Assembly (NCBI GenBank): GCA_964514585.1
Contig: CAZETU010000002.1
Span: 139,687-203,686 of the forward strand
Direction: 5' to 3'
DNA length: 64,000 bases
DNA from: Candidatus Woesearchaeota archaeon
GTDB lineage: Archaea > Nanobdellota > Nanobdellia > Pacearchaeales > GW2011-AR1
A program made the position numbers and the translations under genes. Under the pieces are notes generated by a model. It did no database searches. It had not been told where the DNA came from and saw only the letters and a list, made by a program, of their open reading frames with translations. The stretch's first letter is position 1. Every line of letters starts with the position of its first letter. Below, in pieces: positions 47,301 through 55,399 of this stretch.

Positions 47301-49435
47301 TGGCGAGGTGGGTTTCGATTGTGTTTTTGTTTGTGTTGATTGTAGCTGCTATTGTTGGATTGATTGTGTTTTCGGGGCAGGGGGATTTGTCTGATGACAT
47401 TGATTCTGATTTGAAGAAATTTAATTCGGAGGAAGAGTTTAGGGAATTTGTTGAGGATAGTGGAAGTTATGGAGGGTATAATAGAATGTTTTCTGGTAGT
47501 GGCGCTAATGCGATGAGGATGGAAACGGCGACTATGGATGTGGGTTCTGATTCGCTTTCGGCTCCGACTTCTAAGGAGGCTTCGGATTATTCTACTACTA
47601 ATATTCAGGTTGAGGGAGTTGACGAGGCTGATATTGTGAAGAATGATGGGGAGTATATTTATGTGGTTAGTGGGCGGAAGGTTGTGATTTTGGATGCGTT
47701 CCCTGCTGATGAGATGAAGATTTTGTCGGAGATTAATTTTAGTGGAAGTGTTAATGAGATTTTTATTAATGAAGATAAGTTGGTTGTTTTTGGTAATGGG
47801 ATAGTTGAGAGTCTTCGAGAGGAGAGTGAAGAGGAGAAAGATTTGAAGATGGTGGAGAGCGCGATTTCTTCGTATTATTACCCTCGGAACTATGATCCTG
47901 CGATTTTGACTTATGACATTAGCGACAAGGGTAATCCGGTTCTTGAGAATAGTGTTGTTCTTGAGGGGAACTATGTTGATTCGAGGATGATTGGGGACTA
48001 TGTTTATGTTGTGAGTAATAAGTATGTTTATGCTGATGTCCAGCTTCCGATTTATTTTGTTAATGGGATTGAGCGGACTGTTGGTTTTGGAGATATTTAT
48101 TATCCGACGTTTAGAGACAATAATTATCAGTTTACTTCTGTTTCGGTTGTGAATTTGAAGACGGGGGAATTTGATACTGAGACTTATTTGCTTGGGACTT
48201 CGTATACGATGTATGTTTCTGAGAATAATATTTATTTGACTCAGTTTAAGAGTGCGAGTTATGAGGAATCGATGGAGATTATGATTGAGGATGTTTATAT
48301 GGAGATTCTTCCTGGGGAGTATAAGGATAGGCTTGAAAAGATTCAGGAGATGGATGAGTATTATGATAAGGATAGGGCGATTAGTGATTTGATGAATGAG
48401 TGGATGAAGAGCATGGAGGGTCAGGAAGTTGGTGACCTTGAGGAGCAGATGAGTGAGTTTATGGAGAAGGCTTCTGTTAAGATTGCGAAGTTGCAGGGGA
48501 CTGCTATTTACAAGGTTGAGTTGGATGATATGGATATTGAGTATGTGGAGAATGGTTTTGTTCCGGGTCGACTTTTGGATCAGTTTTCGATGGATGAGTA
48601 TGAGGGGAATTTGAGAGTTGCTGTGACTACTGGGCAAAGTTGGTGGGGGTCTCGTGTTGATACTTTGAATCATATGTATGTTTTGGATGAGGAGTTGGAG
48701 ATTATTGGAAGTGTTGAAGATTTGGCTGAGGGTGAGCGAATTTTTTCTTCGAGATTTATGGGGGACAAGGCTTACATGGTGACGTTTAGGCAGGTTGATC
48801 CTTTGTTTGTTGTTGACTTGAGTGACCCTGAGAATCCGGAAGTTATGGGTGAGTTGAAGATTACTGGTTTTAGTGAGTATCTACATCCTTATGATGAAGA
48901 TCATCTTATTGGGATTGGGAAGGAGGCTACTGAGGAAGGTCGTGCTCAGGGTTTGAAGGTTTCGTTGTTTGATGTTAGCGATGTTACTAATCCGATTGAG
49001 GTTGCTAAGATTGAGATTGGAGACAGGGGGACTAATAGTGATGCGCTTAATGATCATAAGGCTGTCTTATTTGATAAGGAGAAGAACTTGTTGGTTTTGC
49101 CTGTTGATTTGTATGAGATTAATAAGAGTTCTGATAGGACGTGGGGTGAGTTTGTTTGGCAGGGAGCTATGGTTTTGGATATTAGTCCTGAGGGGATTAA
49201 AGAAAGAGGGCGGATTAGTCATAGGGATGATGAGGCTGATGAAGATGGTTATTGGAAGCAGTATAAGAGTTCGATAAGTAGGAGTTTATATATGGATGAT
49301 GTGCTTTATACGGTGTCGCAGGCTAAGGTGAAGGCTAATGATTTGGATAGTTTGAATGAGATTAGGGAAGTTGTGATTTCTGAGGCTGAAAATGATAATA
49401 TTCGTGTTCTTCCTGGGATTGATTTGGATTTTTGA
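47300..49435 (+). CDS. Secreted protein with C-terminal beta-propeller (Beta_propel family)
   Basis: YSTTNIQVEGVDEADIVKNDG, LDQFSMDEY, RQVDPLFVVDLSDP, LKITGFSEYLHP. Confidence 0.92.
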   Translation: MARWVSIVFLFVLIVAAIVGLIVFSGQGDLSDDIDSDLKKFNSEEEFREFVEDSGSYGGYNRMFSGSGANAMRMETATMDVGSDSLSAPTSKEASDYSTTNIQVEGVDEADIVKNDGEYIYVVSGRKVVILDAFPADEMKILSEINFSGSVNEIFINEDKLVVFGNGIVESLREESEEEKDLKMVESAISSYYYPRNYDPAILTYDISDKGNPVLENSVVLEGNYVDSRMIGDYVYVVSNKYVYADVQLPIYFVNGIERTVGFGDIYYPTFRDNNYQFTSVSVVNLKTGEFDTETYLLGTSYTMYVSENNIYLTQFKSASYEESMEIMIEDVYMEILPGEYKDRLEKIQEMDEYYDKDRAISDLMNEWMKSMEGQEVGDLEEQMSEFMEKASVKIAKLQGTAIYKVELDDMDIEYVENGFVPGRLLDQFSMDEYEGNLRVAVTTGQSWWGSRVDTLNHMYVLDEELEIIGSVEDLAEGERIFSSRFMGDKAYMVTFRQVDPLFVVDLSDPENPEVMGELKITGFSEYLHPYDEDHLIGIGKEATEEGRAQGLKVSLFDVSDVTNPIEVAKIEIGDRGTNSDALNDHKAVLFDKEKNLLVLPVDLYEINKSSDRTWGEFVWQGAMVLDISPEGIKERGRISHRDDEADEDGYWKQYKSSISRSLYMDDVLYTVSQAKVKANDLDSLNEIREVVISEAENDNIRVLPGIDLDF

Positions 49436-49473
49436 TTGATTACTTTTATAAGGTTTGAACTTGTATTGTTAAT

Positions 49474-50223
49474 ATGGGATTTTGGCCGGTTGTTATGAAT
49501 GTTCTTCGGAATAGTGATATTGTGTTGTTGTTAGTGGATGCTCGGATGCCTGAGATTTCGCGGAATAGTGAGATTGTCGAGAAGGTTGAGGGGATGAAGG
49601 GGAAGCGGATTGTGATTGTTTTTAATAAGAGTGATTTGGTTGGGTTGAAGGATATTAATAAATTGAAAAAGGAATATCCTGGGGCGTTTTTTGTTTCGGC
49701 GACTAAGAGGACGGGGGTTAAGGATTTGAAGGGAGTTTTGGAAAATATGGCGGAGAATTGGAATCGGCCGAGTTTGAGAGTTGGGTTGGTTGGGTATCCG
49801 AATATTGGGAAGTCGACTTTGATTAATTTGCTTGTGCCGGGGGCTAAGGCTAAGGTGAGTTCTATGTCGGGGACGACTAAGAAAACGCAGTGGGTTCGCT
49901 CTGGTAAGCTTAGAATTATGGATTCACCCGGGGTTATACCTTTTGGGGACAGGAAGGTTCAGATTGGGATGACGGCGGCGAAGGATCCGCATAAGATTAA
50001 GAATCCGGAGAAGGTTGCGTTGAGGATAATTGATTTTATGATGAAGCGTGAGGGGAACTTGTTGAAGAGGTATTATGGGGCGTCGGGGAAGGATGAGTAT
50101 GAGGCGTTTGAGGATATTGCGATGAAGAAGGGGTTTTTGGTTAAGGGTGGTGAGGTTGATGAACATCGGACGGCGATTAAGGTTATTGACGATTGGCAGC
50201 GCGGTAGGATTAAATTGAATTAG
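49474..50223 (+). CDS. Second RbgA/YlqF-family GTPase
   Basis: DAR, NKSD, SAT, GYPNIGKST, DSPG. Confidence 0.92.
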   Translation: MGFWPVVMNVLRNSDIVLLLVDARMPEISRNSEIVEKVEGMKGKRIVIVFNKSDLVGLKDINKLKKEYPGAFFVSATKRTGVKDLKGVLENMAENWNRPSLRVGLVGYPNIGKSTLINLLVPGAKAKVSSMSGTTKKTQWVRSGKLRIMDSPGVIPFGDRKVQIGMTAAKDPHKIKNPEKVALRIIDFMMKREGNLLKRYYGASGKDEYEAFEDIAMKKGFLVKGGEVDEHRTAIKVIDDWQRGRIKLN

Positions 50224-50283
50224 CTCTACTTTGAAATGGTAACAATTGGAAAAGTTTAAAAGAACGTTTTTATTTGTGAGCGA

Positions 50284-50850
50284 ATGGTTATTAAGGAAGA
50301 AGGAACGATTTATACTTGCGGTATTTGCAAAGAAAGGTTTCTAGAAATGTCAGGTGCTCAGGGATGTGAGTTGAAGGGAGGTGGGACTTCGGATATTCGA
50401 GCTGGAGAGGTTTTTAGGAAAATTGATTATGGTGGGCCTGGTGGTTTAGAGAATGAGCGAGCAGTTTTGTTTTTAAAAGATGTTAGTGGTGATAAGGATT
50501 ATAGGGGTCTTGTGACGCATTTTCCGTATTGGAGGGTTTCTTCATTTAATATTAATGTTCCTAAATATAAGGTGAATTTACTTAGGGTTGATGAAATTGA
50601 TCCTAGGGCTTATCGTGAGATGAGTGAAGCTGAATTTGCTCGAGCTAAAGAAATTTTTTTTAAGGCGGGGTCTGTTGGCAAATTTTTAGAGTGTAGTGTT
50701 GACGAAATTGTTAAGGGGGAACGAGAACATCTTCGTTCAGGCAATAGTCATTTGCAAAGATTGTTGTATAGGGCGGTGGCGGATGAGAATTATGAGGCTG
50801 CTGCAGTATTGAAGGGCAAGTTGATAGAGGGTCAGACTAGGTTGAAATAG
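50284..50850 (+). CDS. Hypothetical protein with C-terminal UVR (UvrB/UvrC) motif
   Basis: LYRAVADENYEAAAVLK; N-terminal CGIC. Confidence 0.6.
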   Translation: MVIKEEGTIYTCGICKERFLEMSGAQGCELKGGGTSDIRAGEVFRKIDYGGPGGLENERAVLFLKDVSGDKDYRGLVTHFPYWRVSSFNINVPKYKVNLLRVDEIDPRAYREMSEAEFARAKEIFFKAGSVGKFLECSVDEIVKGEREHLRSGNSHLQRLLYRAVADENYEAAAVLKGKLIEGQTRLK

Positions 50851-50913
50851 TTCTACTGTGGAATAGTAACACATAGAAAGGTTTAAAAGAGTATTTTTTC
50901 TTGAGATGGTTCT

Positions 50914-51624
50914 ATGAAGATTGGAAAATATTTGGTAAATGCAGTAATGGTCGGAGCTTTAGCCGTGGCTGGGTGTGACAGAGAGGATGATGCAACGATT
51001 CCTGGTTCCCTAGAGAGTGCTGTTAGTATTTCTACTAATATTGCTGGAGCTTTGTCTGGTAAAGATGCGAGGGTAATTGACCCGATTTTGGATAGTAGGA
51101 TTGTTTTAGATCCTGGTCATGGGGGCAGAGATCCTGGGGCCTGTGCTTATGGAATTGAAGAAGAAGATATTACTTTATTGCAAGCTCGGAAGGCTAAGCA
51201 AATATTGAGAGAGCATGGGTATAGGAATGTTGTAATGACTCGGAATGGAGACAAGTATGTTTCACTTGATGATAGGGTTGTTGCTGGTAAGGGTGCTGAT
51301 GTTTTTTTGAGTTTTCATTGTGATTCTTTTGATGGAGTAGCTTATGGTCAGACGACCTATATTTGTAATGGAGAGGGCTCAGAAGAATTTGGAAAGATTG
51401 TGCAGGCTAAGTTAATTGAAAAAATTGGTTCTAAGTTTAGGGTTTTGGACAGAGGAGTTAGGAAGGCTGATTATAGAGTTTTGACAAGTGATACTTGTAG
51501 TGCTTTGATGGAGATAGGATATATTGATAATAGTTCTGATAATAATGATTTGAGAAAGAATACTTGGTTTGTTGGGAAAGCTGCTTATGAAGGGATTGAT
51601 CAATTTTTGAGAAGTCGTAATTAG
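50914..51624 (+). CDS. N-acetylmuramoyl-L-alanine amidase (Amidase_3) with lipoprotein-like signal
   Basis: LDPGHGGRDPGA, IEEE, SFHCD, LMEIGYIDN Zn/catalytic motifs; LAVAG-C lipobox. Confidence 0.92.
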   Translation: MKIGKYLVNAVMVGALAVAGCDREDDATIPGSLESAVSISTNIAGALSGKDARVIDPILDSRIVLDPGHGGRDPGACAYGIEEEDITLLQARKAKQILREHGYRNVVMTRNGDKYVSLDDRVVAGKGADVFLSFHCDSFDGVAYGQTTYICNGEGSEEFGKIVQAKLIEKIGSKFRVLDRGVRKADYRVLTSDTCSALMEIGYIDNSSDNNDLRKNTWFVGKAAYEGIDQFLRSRN

Positions 51625-51630
51625 TTTATG

Positions 51631-52854
51631 TTAATTGTTTTTCTTGATTAAATAAATTATTGCTATGAAGAATATTATTGCGAGGTATACCCATTTGTTT
51701 GAGATTGTTTGGCCGAAAAGTAGGGTTGATTTTGCGGCGTTGATTTGGTAGTGGAGTGGGAGTGCTTGGCCGATCCATTGGACGAATTTTGGTAGGACTT
51801 GGGTTGGAAAGAAAATTCCTGAGACGAGCATTAGAGGGAATGATATCATTAAGGAAAAAAGGACTGCGATGCCTTCATTGTTTGCAATGAGTCCGATTAA
51901 GAAACCTAAGAGTGTGTCGATTATTCCGATGAATAAAATTAGTTGGATTAGTCCTGTTATTGGGAGTGCGTATTTTGCTCCGCTTAACATAAAGAGACCG
52001 AGGATGATTAAGAATTGGATTAAGACTAGTCCTGTGAAGAATACCGTTTTTGCTGTGATGTATGAGATTGGCGAGGCTGATGCCTTTACTCTTGTGATGA
52101 ATCCTACGTTTTTGTCGTATATGATTGAAGTCGATGCGAGCATCAGGGTGATGAAAATTGCGAGAATTGGAAAGATGTAAACTATGCCTGCGTCTTTTTT
52201 GAGGTCTTCGTTGTAAATTGGGGTTTTGTCTGTCCAAATTGGGTTTACTAGGAATTCGGTTTCCATATCTTCGATTGTTTTTAGTTCTTTGTCGGCCGCT
52301 AAGACTTTTTTATCAACGTAACTTACTAGATCTAGTTGGTATACTACATCAATTCCATCTCGGATTGTCGAGACTTTTCCTGATAATTCTTCGTTTAGAG
52401 AATCTACTATTTGTCTTTTAAAGGGGATTAGTGCTTGGTCGACTTTCCATGAGATTAAATTTGTGAATGCGATGTCGGTGTTGTCGTAGTACACCTTTAG
52501 TTTTGATTGTTCTAGTTTTTCTATATTTTCTTTGAAGCCTTGGCCAATTTCAATTCCGAGATCGAGTTTTCCTGATTTGATTTGGGACTGTAAATTTTCT
52601 AGGCAGTTTTCTTGTTCGAGAATTATCGGGTTGAATCCATCTAGGTTATTGAATGAATTTTGTGAGATGTCGGTTTGATCGAAGTCGCAAATACCGACGC
52701 TGATGTTGTAATCTTTAGGATTTAGGGCAAATAAAAAAAGGCTTGCAATTACTAAGGGGAGTAGGATAAATAAGTAGAGATACTTTTTTCTTTTGTAGAG
52801 GAGCATGGCGTCTTTTTTTAGATAGCCGTAGAATCTTCTAGTTTGGGTTCTCAT
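51631..52854 (-). CDS. ABC-2 type exporter permease
   Basis: N-terminal TM helix, large external loop, six C-terminal TM helices, SGIFFP..LP. Confidence 0.9.
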   Translation of the reverse strand: MRTQTRRFYGYLKKDAMLLYKRKKYLYLFILLPLVIASLFLFALNPKDYNISVGICDFDQTDISQNSFNNLDGFNPIILEQENCLENLQSQIKSGKLDLGIEIGQGFKENIEKLEQSKLKVYYDNTDIAFTNLISWKVDQALIPFKRQIVDSLNEELSGKVSTIRDGIDVVYQLDLVSYVDKKVLAADKELKTIEDMETEFLVNPIWTDKTPIYNEDLKKDAGIVYIFPILAIFITLMLASTSIIYDKNVGFITRVKASASPISYITAKTVFFTGLVLIQFLIILGLFMLSGAKYALPITGLIQLILFIGIIDTLLGFLIGLIANNEGIAVLFSLMISFPLMLVSGIFFPTQVLPKFVQWIGQALPLHYQINAAKSTLLFGQTISNKWVYLAIIFFIAIIYLIKKNN

Positions 52855-53234
52855 TTTAATTTTTCTTTTAGTTTATTTATATTTTTTACATATGTAGTTT
52901 GTTTCTCATAATCTTTTGGGTTTATTCTTGTTATATTGAAATTTTTTATTTGTTTATTATACGAATACTGATCTCTCTCACCTTTTTTTGCGTCTACATT
53001 AACTTCGTATACGTATCCTGACTTCGGTTTTTCCTCTCCTAATATTATTAATTTTTTTGGAGTTACTGCAAAAGAGGTTTTTCCTTTCAGGGTTTTTCCT
53101 ATTGCGTAAAGGGCAGCATGATTTAATGTTTTACATAAAAAAATTGTTTTTTGGTTTTCAAATTCAGTTAATCCTTTTGCTTTTGATGGTTTAATTATTG
53201 TCAATTTTTTTGGTGATCCGTGATAAAGTTTCAT
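52851..53234 (-). CDS. Small protein with ADP-ribosyltransferase-like motifs
   Basis: LYHGS, IFL..T..HAALYA, GYVYEV resemble the Arr/DT-fold ART core. Confidence 0.5.
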   Translation of the reverse strand: MKLYHGSPKKLTIIKPSKAKGLTEFENQKTIFLCKTLNHAALYAIGKTLKGKTSFAVTPKKLIILGEEKPKSGYVYEVNVDAKKGERDQYSYNKQIKNFNITRINPKDYEKQTTYVKNINKLKEKLK

Positions 53235-54178
53235 GCTTTAAGAAATATTTCGTCGAGGTTTGGTTCTCTGAAGCTGACCTCTTTGAATTTTAGATTTAAT
53301 TTTTCTAGTAATTTTATAAGGGTGTTTTTTTCTCGTCCAGAGTTAAGTCCAAACATTAGATATTTTTCGTAAGAGTCTAGGATTTTGAGATCTTTGTAGG
53401 CGCAGTATTTTTTTATTTTTTCGAAGCTTTCTTTTGAGAGATATGTGAATCGAATTTCGAATATGTAGTTCATTTTTAATTTTTCTTTTAATTTTTCTAG
53501 GTTACCGGAGAAGAAAACTTGGGCGTCTTTTAGGATGATTAGTCTGCTGACGTGTTCTTGGGTTTCGGTTAGGAGATGGGATGTCAAGATTATTGACTTG
53601 CCCTTTTTTCTCATTGATTCGAGAAAGTGCCAGAGGAGTCTTCGGTTTAGGAAGTCGAGGCCGACGAAAGGTTCGTCGAGAATTAGGATTTTTGGGTCGT
53701 GGAGCAGGGAAAGAATAATGTTTAGTCTGACTTTTTGTCCGCCCGAAAGTTCGGTTGGTTTTTTGTTTATATCTTCGGATAGTTTCAACATTAACATTAA
53801 TTCGTTTGCTTTTTTTATTGCCGTCTCTTCTGAAATCCCTAGTGTTAGTCCTGTGACTTTGATGTTGTCTAAAACTGAGAGGTCTGGAATGAATGCGAGT
53901 TCTTGTGGGACGAAACCGATTTTTGATTTGTTGAAAATTTTTGATTTGCCGAAGATTTTGATTTTGCCTGTGTGTTTTGTGCCTATGATTCCAGCGACTA
54001 GTTTTAGAAAGGTTGACTTGCCAGATCCAGATTTTCCTATGATTGCGACGAGTTCTTTTTCTTTAAGGCTTAGTGAGATGTCTCTGAGTACTTCTTGATT
54101 TGAATATGAGAATCCGACTTCTGAAGTTGTGATTGGTTTTTTCTTTTTACCACTAAGTAGCCTCTTTAAGAATTTCAT
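53231..54178 (-). CDS. ABC exporter ATP-binding protein
   Basis: GKSGSGKST, LSGGQ, ILDEP, TSH. Confidence 0.95.
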   Translation of the reverse strand: MKFLKRLLSGKKKKPITTSEVGFSYSNQEVLRDISLSLKEKELVAIIGKSGSGKSTFLKLVAGIIGTKHTGKIKIFGKSKIFNKSKIGFVPQELAFIPDLSVLDNIKVTGLTLGISEETAIKKANELMLMLKLSEDINKKPTELSGGQKVRLNIILSLLHDPKILILDEPFVGLDFLNRRLLWHFLESMRKKGKSIILTSHLLTETQEHVSRLIILKDAQVFFSGNLEKLKEKLKMNYIFEIRFTYLSKESFEKIKKYCAYKDLKILDSYEKYLMFGLNSGREKNTLIKLLEKLNLKFKEVSFREPNLDEIFLKA

Positions 54179-54379
54179 AATTTGAAAAAGTCTGATAGCT
54201 TTATAATTCTTTAGAATAGGGATCGAACCGTGTCCGAAGACACGGCCTGATGTAGTTACTGATTGATAATAGTTTTTAAGTGTTTGGGATTTCTTAAAAA
54301 CAAGTTTTTACCTAGTAGGTATCTCTGGTGAGCTAAGCTTTTTGGATGTTGTTTTGTTTGGGGGCGATTAGCCCCAATG

Positions 54380-54492
54380 TATATACTGTAATATATATAT
54401 TGGAGTATATAGATTTTGGCAAAAAAAAAGAGTTAGAAGTATATGGTGTGATATAGTATATTGGAGTATATATGTTTTGCCCAAAAAAAAAA
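54380..54492. repeat. Two tandem copies of the ~50-bp TATA-rich island-terminal motif
   Basis: tatatactgtaatatatatattggagtatatagattttggcaaaaaaaaa and tatatggtgtgatatagtatattggagtatatatgttttgcccaaaaaaaaaa. Confidence 0.85.
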
Positions 54493-54512
54493 CGGTATTG
54501 AATTAGGCCGTT
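54483..54512 (-). terminator. Intrinsic-terminator-like hairpin plus U-run ending island 2
   Basis: Minus strand aacggcctaattcaataccgtt followed by a long T run. Confidence 0.55.
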
Positions 54513-54528
54513 TACTATTGCTTAATGC

Positions 54529-54635
54529 AATGAAGGCGTGCGGTCGAAAATGATGGTTTCCTAAACCTGTCGACCGCACAACGATGAGCGGATTACTCCT
54601 CCATGGTCTCCTTATGCTCGTCTGCCTTCATTCCC
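54529..54635 (-). ncRNA. ~105-nt three-way-junction motif, copy 1
   Basis: Closing atgaaggc/gccttcat, arms gtgcggtcga/tcgaccgcac and gatgagc/gctcgtc; homologue at 60208-60312. Confidence 0.6.
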
Positions 54636-54922
54636 TCTTGCCCAGGACAGGTGCAGAGGGGAGAAAATTCGCCCGATGGGTCTTGTCGGGCTTAGATTAG
54701 CCTCTTTTCCCGTGGTCAGGTTCCATTATATGATGGTCTACAAGCCAAGATTACAGGAGCAGAGGGTCAAGTAACTATAATAGGAGACGGCCCTCGGTTC
54801 GTCGTGAGGGTCGTCTCCATTCGATCGACTCCTGGCCCCGTCTTCTTGTGAGATCGGTTGGCCCATTGGAGGCTTCTTCTTGCTGCTGCTGCGTTGCTTT
54901 GCAACAGTGATCCAGAGGGATC

Positions 54923-55285
54923 CTAAGCGGCGATGGGAACGTTCTTCCAGTTTTCGTTGGCGGCCAGCATTCGGCATGGGGCTTCTTGGTTGGCGACGTT
55001 TTCCTGGGTCATTCTCAGCAGGATCTTCTTCTTCGTCGTCGTCCGGAGGTAGTCCACCTTCTTGCATGCCCAGAGACAACCCATCACTTGGCCGCAATCC
55101 GCGTCCATTGTCGTCTTCGTCGCTTGGGGGCTGTTCATCTTCACCGTCACTTCGCGGAAGGTTTCCACACTGATGGTCGCTTGGTCACAGCCCATGTTCG
55201 TCTTCGAGTGATTGATGGCCGTCGCGATTGCGCTTGTCGTCAGTGCCAGTACAAGTATCAGTGCCAGTATCGCGAGTTTTTTCAT
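54923..55285 (-). CDS. Small secreted Cys-containing protein
   Basis: Signal MKKLAILALILVLALTTSAIA; five Cys; aaggaaag upstream. Confidence 0.7.
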   Translation of the reverse strand: MKKLAILALILVLALTTSAIATAINHSKTNMGCDQATISVETFREVTVKMNSPQATKTTMDADCGQVMGCLWACKKVDYLRTTTKKKILLRMTQENVANQEAPCRMLAANENWKNVPIAA

Positions 55286-55399
55286 TACAGTCTTTCCTTG
55301 GTTTTCTCGGCCTGTTATGGCCTGGGTTCACTTCGCTTCCGTTCTCGCTTTCGCGACTTCTCTTTTTGCTACTATCAGTCAGGTGCTCATGCGGATATA

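Noticed and set aside
175-48673. Long antisense ORFs such as 175..1095, 4496..5314, 30819..31733, 39407..41215 and 47186..48673
   Set aside because: They shadow well-supported genes. The extreme G+T codon bias depletes stops on the opposite strand and gives I/L/N/P/H-rich nonsense translations.
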